NCBI GenBank assembly: GCA_000002445.1
Contig: CM000207.1
Span: 2,912,001 to 2,976,000, forward strand
DNA length: 64,000 nucleotides
Direction of reading: 5' to 3'
DNA from: Trypanosoma brucei
Taxonomy: Eukaryota
Shown: one piece after another, positions 1-11,949 of the stretch
How positions within the stretch are numbered: position 1 is the stretch's first letter
Layout of the letters: each line of letters begins with the position of its first letter
Made by a program: the position numbers and the translations under genes
Notes under the pieces: generated by a model
The model's database searches: none
What the model was told of the DNA's origin: nothing
Seen by the model: only the letters and a program-made list of their open reading frames with translations

Positions 1-414
1 GAGGCCACTACGCTTGACAGGATCACATCAATAGCAGCGCTCAATCGTGCAACAAGCTACTACTTCATGACCACGGCCAGAGAACTACAAAACAAAATAG
101 CGGCGCTTGAAGCCAAAAATAGCAAATCAGAGGTAAAATCAATAGAACAAATTTGCAACTCAAAAGAAGATGCCGATACCTGCCAGAACGACAAAAACTG
201 CACATACGACGACACTAAAGCTGATGGCAAAAAGTGCACCTTAAATGAGGAGGGCAAACAAGCAGCAGAAAAAGAAGCAGCACACCAAACAGGAACAGAT
301 GGCAAACCCACAAACAGCACAGGAAGCAATTCATTTGTCGTTAACAAGGCCCCTCTTTTGCTTGCGTTTTTGCTTCTACAGTTAAATTTTTTAAAAGGTT
401 ATTGCTTAATTTAG
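1..414 (+). CDS. VSG: VSG 3' end (partial CDS running in from upstream of the window): C-terminal domain and GPI-anchor signal, stop at 412-414
   Basis: Frame 1 is open from nt 1. Translation ends ...KCTLNEEGKQAAEKEAAHQTGTDGKPTNSTGSNSFVVNKAPLLLAFLLLQ*, a Cys-rich C-terminal domain with a 23-aa Asn-type GPI signal typical of T. brucei VSGs. Confidence 0.75.
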   Translation, partial: EATTLDRITSIAALNRATSYYFMTTARELQNKIAALEAKNSKSEVKSIEQICNSKEDADTCQNDKNCTYDDTKADGKKCTLNEEGKQAAEKEAAHQTGTDGKPTNSTGSNSFVVNKAPLLLAFLLLQLNFLKGYCLI

Positions 415-564
415 TAAATTTTATAAAATTTTTATATTTGGGGGGAATTTCATAAACAATGATAATAATTCTTAAATTTAATATATTCTTACAATTTTTA
501 ATGAGAATGTGAAAATTAGTAAAATTTTTAAGAAATTGGAAAATTTTGTTTTTTCAAATAAAAT

Positions 565-1510
<946 letters not shown>

Positions 1511-2454
1511 GGTGAGGCTGGTGGAACACATTGATCGGAAGTCAAAAATAGAAGGACTCAAGTGACATCAAGTGCAATGAACTGAAGTGACTGAGGGAAA
1601 ATGGGCTGGATAGGTCATTAATATTATTATGAAGAGAAATGTAGAGAGGGGGATGAATTATACGAGGTGTCCAACAATGAAGTGATCAGCGAATCATACC
1701 CTGGATTAGAATAGATGCAACAATTGGGAATAAACACGGTGGTTTCAAAAAAATGTAGCCCCTACGCTCGTCACCACAAAGGCAAGAACAAGCGCTGCTG
1801 AATAATTGTTAAGCTAAACCTAGAAGCAAAAGATAAAGCATCGCAACTCCACAGCGGCAGACGATGTTTGTAAGGAGAAAAAAAGACAGCAATAACACAC
1901 CACCACTTCCATATTGTTTAAGCAGCTAAGAGCTTAAACTGTTCAAAGGATGCATAATTAATATAATAGTAGTCGCAGAGCCTCGAGTAGCGGCAAAAAA
2001 CAGAAGAGAAATAGAGAGAAAGCAGCCCGTAAAGGCCTTTAAACACCCAAGTTAGAACCTCTCAGCCGTTTGCGTGTCACAGGGTCACCGGTTTAGAAAA
2101 AACAAAAGAAAAAGAGAGGTCACGTACGTGACAAAAACGGACGTCATCTTGTTATTGAATGTCAAAGAGACAGAATGCGATATTAACAGCTGAGAGTATG
2201 AAGTGATAACCATAAACAACAAATGATTTATATGATATAGTTATAGGACAATAAAGATTGGAATTAAAGTGCTAATCTTGTCAAAAAACAAATAAGAACG
2301 GGTTAACTGTTGTTTTATTAACTTCCTATTGTTTTGAAACCCATATCAAACGGAGCCAGATAAATCAACGGTTTTTTTCTTTTATTGCTCTTCTTCTTAA
2401 TTAAAAGCGTCAGAGCCCGAACGTACAAGAGGAAAGAAAAGGCAAAAAGCAGCC

Positions 2455-3966
2455 ATGAACTACCGAAGCCCGGAAGCGATCTTACATCTAGCAGTTTCGC
2501 AGCCACTGCGGCCCCTCAAAGCAGATGGACAAGCGGGCATGCTGAAGAAGGTGTGGCAGCCTATTTGTGAACTTTCCGAAGAACTTAACACCATCGGGCC
2601 AGGAAGCTACAAAAATATGGATGACCTATTGGACACAGCCAGCAAGCAGCACCAAGCGTCGCTGCGCCTGGAGATTTACACACTTAAAAACATCGGCGCG
2701 GAAAGCGCAAAACAGCTGGCATAGCCGCGGGCGTATTTTTACAGCAAAGCCGCAGCAGCCTGTCACGACTTGAAGGCGACAGAAGTAAAAAAGCACATCA
2801 ACGCCGTCCGGTCAACAGCGTACCTCAAAGGCAGGGTCTACGAGTACCTTAAAATGTTGGAGCAAATAAAAGGAACAAACAACGCATGTCTTATCGACAC
2901 AACCGCATCAGACTCGGGCGCAACTCGCAGAGCCGACAACCTGGGCTCGGTGCAATACGCAATTAAGCTAAGCGATCTAGAGCAAAAAGACAGAACGATG
3001 AAGGCGCTCACTGAAGAAGGCCTTACCAACCTGCAACACGCCGGCAACGTTGGCGCAGAAATACAGCCAACAGACGGCAATAACAAATGTCAGCTGATGC
3101 TAGCCACACAGACCGACGGACTAGCGCACACGAACGCACTAGCAACAGGCATAACAGCAATGGCCGGGTACCTACAACTGAAGACAACAGCAACGATTGC
3201 CAGCCTAGCAGCCGAAGAAAACCTCAAGTCGACGTCCAGCGGGGACACGAAAGCGTGGGTTGACGCGTATAAGCACGCGGGCCAAACAAATTTCAAAACA
3301 AGGAGCGATTACGGCAACGAGACAACCTCGCTACATGAACGGGCCACGTTAATTGCCGCGACCAGGGCAACAATCAAACAAGTGGAGGGACACCAACAAA
3401 CCAAGACACCGGAGGCACAAGTGACTGAATACTTCGGAGGCACCGAAGCCAGCAAAGCAGACAGTTTCCTGGCTCTTTTCGACAAAGACAAGATACCCAA
3501 AGGCATCGCCGGGTTACAAGAAGACACTTTCATCGGGCAGATCACAAACACCGAGCAACTAAACCAAATTCTTTCTTATTATGTGTACCATGCCAGCCTC
3601 GATTATAGCGCACTTAGGAAAAAACTAGAAGAAACGACAAAGAAAAAAGATCCAAAAGCGGTAGCAGACCTTTGTAATAAAATAACGGATTAAAATGAAT
3701 GAAACAGCAAGTCTTACTGCAGTTATAACAAAAGCGCAGCTGAGGGCGATAAAACGTGCAAATATAGTGAAACAAAAGCAAAAGGAAACAACGTTCCTAT
3801 AGCAAAACCTCAAAATGGAGGGGCTAAAACAACAAAAGAAAAATGCAAGACAGAACATGAGAAAGTTTGCAAATAGGAAAGCGACGCTTTCAGGAAGCCA
3901 AGTTTCTTTCCAAATAAGAAATTTGTCTGTTTTTTCTGCTGCTTTTATCATTTTGGAAGCTTTTAG
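2455..3966 (+). pseudogene. VSG: VSG pseudogene: N-terminal domain ORFs 2455-2724 and 2770-3693, a frameshifted C-terminal part, and a degenerate GPI tail ...GSQVSFQIRNLSVFSAAFIILEAF* ending near 3966
   Basis: VSG-like N-domain sequence without an in-frame signal peptide. The C-terminal hydrophobic tail is present only in another frame. The locus lies downstream of the 70-bp array at 565-1510. Confidence 0.6.
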
Positions 3967-3994
3967 TATTTCAAAACACAAAGCATTTTTGCTC

Positions 3995-4865
<871 letters not shown>

Positions 4866-5677
4866 TGAAATTTATCAGAAGAAAATGATACAAATGAAAG
4901 AAAGAAGATCAATCAAAATTAGAATGGAAAGGGTGTCTATAAAAAAACGGCGCCTTATCCTCGTGACGTCTTATAATGGTTGTGTTACACGCAGCGACTG
5001 AAGCAAACAAAGGATAAAATTGAATTAGGTACGGAGCTCGGATACGCGACTACAAAGGAGCTCAAGATCCAGCACTGGAAAACTCAAGGAGAACTTTCAA
5101 GAAAGCCGTGTTTCACCCGAAAGCATATTGATTAAGTAACAGAAATCATGGTAGATCCAAAGGAGCTTTATTCTGATGGCGGAACCAAATGTCAAGGGGT
5201 AAGTTCAGTAGAAAATTAATCATAGAATTATTTTTTTGGGGGGGATGTAGTGACAATAAGAAAAGGATAGAGAAGATTTTGTAGGTGAGAGGTGAAGATC
5301 TAAGAAAGTTCTTAAATCTTGCTTTTTCCGGATCTATTATAATAATCCCGCGGAGAGGAGGTCTGTAATTAGCAGCGGAGAGCAGAAACAGGGTCACAAA
5401 ACTTTACCACAGCGGGTATCCAAAGCATAAAAATATAGTCACACTATCTTTACGCCATCCAGAGATGCTATGCAGCCCTTAACAAACCTGCAACCAACCC
5501 ACGCAGCGAAAATCCAAAGGCTGAAGTGCACTAAATAACTACCAAAGCTTCTTTTTTTCGAGCAGTCAAGGGACAGCCGTTTTTGAGAAGCGTTTCCACT
5601 TATTTAGGGAACTTCACACCAACTACAGCGGATAACACCAACGATCAGCAAATAGTATAATAGCGGATCTGAGCACG

Positions 5678-7288
5678 ATGGCTAAAAAAGTATTAGGCTT
5701 TGCTCAACTTGCAACTCTAATAGTTGTGTTGTCACCGTCTTCAATTTACGCCAACGTTGGACCAGGAGACAACGCAGCGGAATTTACCACGCTGTGTCAA
5801 CTAATTTCGCTAGCAGAAGGAGCAGCACAGCCTCCAGCGGCGACAACGGCTCCAAGCGCCGAATACGACGAACTCATGAGACTAAACATGACTCTAAGCG
5901 ACGAAGCTTGGCACGATATGTTCATAAAAAGTAAAGCCGACAAAACATGGCACGACGCAATACCCGCCACCGCGAAGGACCCGGGCGGATGGGCCGAAGC
6001 CTGGCCGACCTGGAGGAAGGCAGCGGAAGAGCTAACACAAGAAGATAAGATGGCCAACATCAAAAGCCTAAACGTCAATGCAGCAAACCCTAAACAGAAA
6101 GCAATGATAATAACGGAAATACGCAAAATGGCAGACGCAGCGCAGGAACTCATGAAAAAGAGGCATACGCTCGACAAAAGCATCGAAAAGCCGCCACAGG
6201 AGTATGCCGCGGCTTTAAAAACTTTGGCCTACGGCGACAAAACCAAAAATAGAAAAACCGTAACGGCCGCCGACGCGTTCAAAGGCGGCAGCACCAGCTT
6301 CAGCACTGACTGCGGCGGGGCGGCGGCCAGCAACAAGATAAAAACAGTCGCAGCCACGATAACTTGCTTGTGCCACAAAGCAAATACACAAAACGAAGAC
6401 CAGGTGTGCGGACGAACAGTTAAGATCACGACAAACACATGGACCGTAAACGGCGCGATCGGCAGCGCAGGGGTCATAACGGAGCCCCTAGGCTTTTGCA
6501 GCGTAGAGCAAGGCACCGACTTAACAAGCTCGGAAATCACAGCAATCCTACGGCAGCTTAAAAGCTTAATCAAAGTCACATCAAACGACGGTATACTAGG
6601 CGCCTCAGACAATGGCAGCTGCGATGCGGACAAAACTCACGGCATCTGCATCAAGTTAACCAACTGGGCGGCCGACGGTAAAGTCGACATAACGAAATTA
6701 GAGTGGGCAAAGCAAGCAGTCGAGCTAGCAAAGGAGCTCAGCAGAAGAGAACACGCAGCGGCATCAGCAGCAGAAATAGACAGCGCGATCAGGAACTTGC
6801 ACAGACAGGCGTTTCGCACGACGCTCTACACAGCGCACATACAGCACAACCCGCATCAGACAGCAACGCCCTTAGATTCAACTTCAAAAAACGATAAAGG
6901 AATGGAAGACAAGAAGAAAGAATGCGAGAAACACAAAAACAACAAAACTTCTTGCACAAATGCTAAATGTATATGGGAAGGAAAAGATGGTAAATCTGAC
7001 ACAGAAGGCGAATGCAAACCTAAAGATGGAGGCAAAGGTACAGCCCAAACAAATGCAGGAACAGGAGATGGAACTGCAGGGACAGGTCCAAATTGCGCTA
7101 GCCAGACTAAAAAAGAGGATTGTGAAAAGGAAAATGTTGGAAAAACAACCCCTGTTTGCGGCTGGAGAATAGGCAAAGATAATGAACCTGATAAAGATAA
7201 AGAAATGTGCCGAAACGGTAGTTTTCTAGTAAACAAACAATTCGCCCTCAGCGTGGTTTCTGCTGCATTTGTGGCCTTGCTTTTTTAA
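5678..7288 (+). CDS. VSG: Intact VSG (536 aa): signal peptide MAKKVLGFAQLATLIVVLSPSSIYA, N-terminal domain, Cys-rich C-terminal domain, and GPI signal GSFLVNKQFALSVVSAAFVALLF
   Basis: Single uninterrupted ORF with all VSG hallmarks. The 70-bp array lies about 0.8 kb upstream. Canonical 3'UTR elements (TTTTCCCC 8-mer at about 7292 and the 16-mer at 7343-7358) lie downstream. Confidence 0.85.
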   Translation: MAKKVLGFAQLATLIVVLSPSSIYANVGPGDNAAEFTTLCQLISLAEGAAQPPAATTAPSAEYDELMRLNMTLSDEAWHDMFIKSKADKTWHDAIPATAKDPGGWAEAWPTWRKAAEELTQEDKMANIKSLNVNAANPKQKAMIITEIRKMADAAQELMKKRHTLDKSIEKPPQEYAAALKTLAYGDKTKNRKTVTAADAFKGGSTSFSTDCGGAAASNKIKTVAATITCLCHKANTQNEDQVCGRTVKITTNTWTVNGAIGSAGVITEPLGFCSVEQGTDLTSSEITAILRQLKSLIKVTSNDGILGASDNGSCDADKTHGICIKLTNWAADGKVDITKLEWAKQAVELAKELSRREHAAASAAEIDSAIRNLHRQAFRTTLYTAHIQHNPHQTATPLDSTSKNDKGMEDKKKECEKHKNNKTSCTNAKCIWEGKDGKSDTEGECKPKDGGKGTAQTNAGTGDGTAGTGPNCASQTKKEDCEKENVGKTTPVCGWRIGKDNEPDKDKEMCRNGSFLVNKQFALSVVSAAFVALLF

Positions 7289-7342
7289 ATTTTTTCCCCT
7301 CAATTTTCCTTAAATAAATTCTTGCTATTTGAAAAAACTTTC

Positions 7343-7358
7343 TGATATATTTTAACAC
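7343..7358 (+). promoter_or_regulatory. VSG 3'UTR 16-mer TGATATATTTTAACAC (mRNA-stability element), exact match
   Basis: Exact 16-mer 55 nt after the VSG stop, preceded by the TTTTCCCC 8-mer. Confidence 0.8.
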
Positions 7359-7480
7359 CTTAAAAATTCACCGAAAAAATTGAGCTGTTTTTTGTAAGTT
7401 GACTGTCTGATTGTCTAGAAATTTTTTCTGGCAACTTAAATTTTTTTTCTTCTTTTCCTGGTTTTTTTTTGAGGAAGTTG

Positions 7481-7586
7481 ATGGGGGGGGTAGTTAGGTT
7501 AGTTAGGTTAGTTAGGTTAGTTAGGGGGTTAGGTAGGCTTAGGCTTAGGCTTAGGATTAGGCTTAGGGTTATTCGGTTAGGGTTAC
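7481..7586 (+). repeat. Degenerate telomeric hexamer tract (TTAGGG/TTAGGT/TTAGGC variants), G-strand on the plus strand
   Basis: GGGGGGGGTAGTTAGGTTAGTTAGGTTAGTTAGGTTAGTTAGGGGGTTAGGTAGGCTTAGGCTTAGGCTTAGGATTAGGCTTAGGGTTATTCGGTTAGGGTTAC, located about 200 bp downstream of the VSG 3'UTR. Confidence 0.7.
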
Positions 7587-7599
7587 TTTTTTCCCTTTC

Positions 7600-7870
7600 A
7601 CTTTTTTATTTTTTTTAGTCTTTTAGTGTACAGCGGCTCCTTTTTTTGATATGAACCCTAACCCTTATTCGCCACCCCGCTTTACGGCGGCTTTTAATTT
7701 ATTTTTTTCTTTTCTGATTTTTTTTAAGTGATGCAGCGGCTCTTTTTTATTTTGCCACACCGACGGCAAGGCGATTTATTATTTTTATTGTTTTTATTTT
7801 ACAATACTTTGCTGTTTTTATTTTAACTTTTTCTTTATGATGCAGCGGCTTTTTTTTATATTTTGCACCA
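7600..7870 (+). repeat. Three copies of a conserved T-rich motif ...TTTAGTGATGCAGCGGCTCTTTTTT...(A)ACCCTAACCCTTATTCGCCAC (core at about 7631-7670, 7731-7760, 7848-7866)
   Basis: The GATGCAGCGGCTCTTTTTT core repeats three times. The first copy is followed by CCCTAACCC, which is telomeric C-strand and inverted relative to the upstream TTAGGG tract. The same unit recurs at 11461-11507. Confidence 0.6.
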
Positions 7871-8162
7871 TCTCTTTCTTCTCGACTTGTTACTTTTTTT
7901 GCTTTTGTGAATTTCAGCTCTGCGGTTTGCGCTGCACGCGACCAGCAAAATTAAAAAAAAACGCTGGCGCGTGGCAGTTTCGCTGCGCGAAACGATTTGC
8001 TTTTAAAGAGCAAATAAATTTAAAAATACTCATTTTGGGGAAAAGCTGATAATCAAAATTAGCAATTAAACTTCGGCGGCGCCATCTGACGCTGGCACAC
8101 GCCGGCCAAGGGTGCTCAACTTCCGGAGGTACGTTTTTAACCTAAAAGCCGTCTAGGGAAAA

Positions 8163-8310
8163 ATGTGCACATTGAGTGAGGAAATCAAGAAGGAAGTAGA
8201 AAAAGAATCGCAAACGGGTGGAAATGCTAGAAACCCCACAAAAACCACAGGAATAAATTATGTTCTAATTAAGGCCTCTTTTTTGCTTGTAATTTTTCTT
8301 CTAGCATAAC
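8163..8310 (+). pseudogene. VSG: VSG 3' fragment: C-terminal tail MCTLSEEIKKEVEKESQTGGNARNPTKTTGINYVLIKASFLLVIFLLA*
   Basis: Only the last approximately 49 codons of a VSG are present (Asn-type GPI signal), followed by a 3'UTR carrying the 16-mer at 8416-8431. No N-terminal domain lies upstream. Confidence 0.65.
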
Positions 8311-8415
8311 AGTTTTACGAATCATTTGTAAAAGCTTTTTCTCAGTTTTATGAGACTTATAAAAATTTATAAAAATTGCTATTTTGAAAATTTTTTTAAA
8401 AATGTTTTTGAAATA

Positions 8416-8431
8416 TGATATATTTTAACAC
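8416..8431 (+). promoter_or_regulatory. VSG 3'UTR 16-mer TGATATATTTTAACAC (exact)
   Basis: Exact match about 105 nt after the stop of the VSG 3' fragment. Confidence 0.75.
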
Positions 8432-8624
8432 TTTTTGTCAACCCTTTGCAAATTGTGCAATTCATTGAAAATTTTGAAAAACTTCACTTGTAAAACTTTG
8501 GTAAGACAGAGGCATGTGTGTACACCAGTAGGGTGATTGTATATTAAAATGAATAATATATTAATTTATTTTATTTCCCCTTTTTTTGTAGTTATAAAGT
8601 TAGGGTTGTATTGCAATAGTAACG

Positions 8625-8705
8625 ATAATGATAGTAGAAATAATAATAATAGTAATTAATAATAATAATAGGAGAGTGTTATGAGTGTGTATATCCTAAT
8701 ATGAT
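8625..8705 (+). repeat. Single 70-bp repeat unit (..TAATAATAATAGGAGAGTGTTATGAGTGTGTATATCCTAATATGATTAG)
   Basis: Short TAA tract plus GT-rich core. Preceded by the conserved lead-in AGTTAGGGTTGTATTGCAATAGTAACGATAATGATAGTAG, which is also seen at about 560 and 61640. Confidence 0.75.
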
Positions 8706-9732
8706 TAGAACTATGGTGGAGGGAACGAATGAACAAGCAAAATGGAAAAAATTTAAATATCGTGAGATTGTAATAGGAGTAAGTGAGTGAGTGAGATAGT
8801 GAGATGGTGAGTGTGCAAAAGATTTTGAGGGCGCGCGAGGGATATTATTAAGGAAACAGGAGGAAAATACAGATGGAGGAAGGTGTCATACACTCAGCTC
8901 CAAACACAAAAACGACTATGGAACTATAATACATAAAGGATATGATGGAAAGGCAATGAAAGAAAGACTCCACTTTAAAATCTCAATGGAGTTGCAATGT
9001 TTTGCGGGGAAGAAGAACACGATCAAGAAGGAAAAATATAGAATAACACAACGAAATCAGAAAAATCACGGCTCATAATAAAAGAGTATGTGATTGTGCT
9101 GTGGAATTCACACATGGATGTCCAAGTACTACTACAGACAGGTTGTTGGCGAATATCGTTTTCAATATGCTGGCCACAACGGACGGACGGAGATAGCCTA
9201 GGAAACTTTTATTTTTTAATGGAGTGTTTAGGAGAGGCTGCTCCTTTACCGCTAGAATACCAATAATAGAAAATCAAAATTAATAGGTGATCAACAAAGA
9301 TGGGTTAGATGTATAGTATCAAAACTCATACAGTTCTGTATAGCGGTGGGTCAAGAACTAATGCACTAAACCCCCCGAAACCATAGACGACGATGACACC
9401 CCTACAATGGTGGCAAAGTGTGATGATAGCGCATAACAAAAATGTTGAAGTTATTCACAACAACAATCACTAATTTCTGTAAAACTACAGACTTCATCTC
9501 CAAACACGACAAATTCAGCGCCTCTAATATGTTGTAACACCAACAACACTATCCTGAGTGTTAGAGAATAACAGAACGATAAGCACATACCAGATGAGCA
9601 ATGGAAGCATTAGCATTTTCAACAGTGATGTTTATACTGGCCTGTCCCGCACAGCTGACCGACGCCTAAGCACCAGCGAAGAACCCCCTCGACGGCTCGA
9701 AGATAGCAGGGCTCTGTAAAAAAGCAGGCGGC

Positions 9733-11195
9733 ATGCGCCAGACTGCAGCGGCGATACAAGCAGCTTTGGCAGCAGCTGAGCCAATAGTACAGAATGCTAT
9801 CAAACTACAACACCAATTAATCATCTATTCCCTTGCAGAAGCGGTCAAAAAGCGGGCTAAAATAGCAGCAATAAGAGCAGCGGCAGCGACAACAGCAATA
9901 AACAACATCTACTCGGCAGCAATAGCGAAAGCCAAAGGAGGAATATACCTAGCAGCAAAAGCAAATATCGTGGCTGGTAGCATTATAGAAGCAACCACAC
10001 TACTACTTGAACAACTCAAAGCGACCGAAGCTTCATGCGACGTCTCATGTCTAACAAATGCAGCGACCCGAAAAACAGCGGTGACGCACAGCCAGGACCT
10101 ACAGGGATGCGATAGCCTAGCAATACCTGACACGGTAAGCCTAGAAGGGCTAGAGAAATTCTCCGACCAAAGCTTCAAAAGCGGAATCCCGGAGGGAAAC
10201 GCAGCGTCGACAGAGAGCAGCTTCGCCAAATGCCTGCTGTTCGAAAACCACCCAAGTGCCACGGGCATGTTCACTGGCAACATGGCAAGCCATCTGACCA
10301 TGATGGCCGGGCTGCTGACAACAGGCACAACGGGCCCAGAAATCCGCCGGATAGACGACCTAGAGCCGACCAGCGCAAGCTCAGCGAACACACCGGCATA
10401 CCTCGAAGCAATTAAAGCCGCTAATGCGTACAAGACGACACCAGAGATAACAGATGACGACCTTTATGCAAGTATCTCTCAAGAATTAACAGGAGACGTA
10501 TTTCTGGCAGAGATCAACTTCGCCATAAACGACGTCAAAGCCAAACCCGAAGAGGTCCCAGCAACTAATGAGCTCAAGGCGGCCGCCAAGCAGATTTTTT
10601 GGCGACAGCGCCACTAAGTTCAAAAGTAAATTCATCAAGGAAATGTTAGAAGAAGAACTGGTGTTTCCATCGGAGCTGAAGCTGACGGCCAGTACAATAC
10701 AGAAGATACCGACTAACAGGTTAAGTGAAGTCGTAGAACTTTTGATTCAAGAAACCATTTCTAAAGAGACACAGGACAAGAAATGTCCAACGAGCCATTC
10801 CGCAGCAGAGAAGTCAACTTCCGAAACAGACGTGACGTGCGAAAAGAAAGGAACAGGAGATAACTGCAAAGATGGATGTAAATGGGGCAGTGACGGACCA
10901 AATAAAAATGCGTAGTGGATAAAACTTACACGCCAAAACAAGTAGATGGAGGAGAAAAAAACTTATAAAATGCTCCGATGCGACAACGGAAGAGAATTGC
11001 AAAAAGGTTGAGGGTAAGAAACCAGAAGGCAAAAATGCAGTTTGTGGACGGACTGATTATGTCGATGGAAGAGGGAAACTACCCGAACACGAATATCTAG
11101 ACGAATGTTTTATAGACAAAAAAATTGGCTCTGAGTACGGCTGCTGCTTTTATGGTCTCGCTGTTTTAATTTTCCTCTATTTTTCTTTCTGAAAT
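9733..11195 (+). pseudogene. VSG: VSG pseudogene (N-terminal domain ORF 9733-10617; C-terminal domain in shifted frames 10568-10915 and to about 11190, with a degenerate GPI tail)
   Basis: VSG-like N-domain without a signal peptide at the ORF start (MRQTAAAIQAALAAAEP...). The Cys-rich C-terminal pieces (...CEKKGTGDNCKDGCKWGSDGPNKNA) are out of frame. A 16-mer variant and telomere-like tract lie downstream. Confidence 0.65.
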
Positions 11196-11197
11196 TT

Positions 11198-11213
11198 GAT
11201 ATATTTTAACATA
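11198..11213 (+). promoter_or_regulatory. VSG 3'UTR 16-mer variant TGATATATTTTAACAT (15/16)
   Basis: Near-exact match directly after the VSG pseudogene's 3' end. Confidence 0.65.
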
Positions 11214-11350
11214 TTTAAAATTCGCCGGAAATATATTTTTAAAGCTGCCTGTGTGTGTAAAAATTTATTTTTGATACCTAAAAATTTTCTCCTTTTTCCT
11301 GTTTTCTTTTGAATTTTTGTTGTCCAACAAGGCAAGAAGGTAGAAAGATA

Positions 11351-11386
11351 GGTAGGGAGGTTAGGGTTAGGGTTAGAGTTTTTAAT
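11351..11386 (+). repeat. Short degenerate telomeric tract GGTAGGGAGGTTAGGGTTAGGGTTAGAG
   Basis: Two perfect TTAGGG units plus variants, about 140 bp downstream of the 16-mer. Same arrangement as 7481-7586. Confidence 0.6.
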
Positions 11387-11439
11387 TTTTTGGATTATTT
11401 TTCATTTCACTTTTTTTTTAATTTTCATTTTTTTGATTT

Positions 11440-11510
11440 CGCCATTTTTTAATTTTTAGTGATGAAGCGGCTCTTTTTTACATCGACCTTAACCCTTATT
11501 CGCACAGTTT
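11440..11510 (+). repeat. Fourth copy of the TTTAGTGATG(A/C)AGCGGCTCTTTTTT...CCTTAACCCTTATTCGCAC motif
   Basis: GTGATGAAGCGGCTCTTTTTTACATCGACCTTAACCCTTATTCGCACAG matches the 7631-7670 unit at most positions. Confidence 0.6.
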
Positions 11511-11574
11511 CAAATTCGCTTTTTTTACTCTATCAATGTTTTTGTATACACAGAGTCTTGAGCACCAACCAACA

Positions 11575-11907
11575 GCCACCACGTTGGACCCCGCAATAGC
11601 AGAAGAAAAATGCAAAGACAAACCGATGGGAAGTGCAGCGATGAAAGTGGCTGCAGATTCCAAGACGAAAAGTGCAAAGCTAAAGAGGAAGTGAAAGCGG
11701 AAGGAAAGAGGATAAATGTACTGGCCATATTGAAAAAACAGCTTGTGAAGAAGAGGACACGCCCGGCCAAACCCCCGTTTGTGGCTGGAGAAAAGACAAA
11801 GAGGGTGAACCCGAGCCAGAAAAGGAGAAGTGTCGAAATGGTAGTTTTCTCTTCAATCAGATAATTGCTCTGATTGTTTCCGCTTTTGTGAGTTTGGTAA
11901 AATTTTA
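11575..11907 (+). pseudogene. VSG: VSG C-terminal fragment (Cys-rich domain in a shifted frame; GPI tail CRNGSFLFNQIIALIVSAFVSLVKF*)
   Basis: EKCKDKPMGS...CKAKEEVKAEG... and a terminal GPI signal in different frames. No N-domain upstream. Ends about 45 bp before an ingi-like 5' end. Confidence 0.6.
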
Positions 11908-11949
11908 GCATTAAAAGGATATTTCCCAATTTTATGAAAACTATGAAAC

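Noticed and set aside
5797-7236. Antisense or overlapping ORFs inside VSG genes and ingi elements (for example 5797-6183 minus, 6229-6633 minus, 6856-7236 minus, 18703-19215 plus, 19701-20285 plus, 20835-21317 plus, 50332-50916 minus)
   Set aside because: Each lies entirely within and opposite to a much longer ORF with clear homology-type features (VSG or ingi pol). This is the typical spurious antisense ORF pattern in GC-balanced coding sequence.
7481-7586. Possibility that the TTAGGG-like tract is a real chromosome end or telomere
   Set aside because: The tract is only about 100 bp, highly degenerate, and followed by more than 56 kb of further sequence. It is an interstitial telomere-like remnant, not a terminus.
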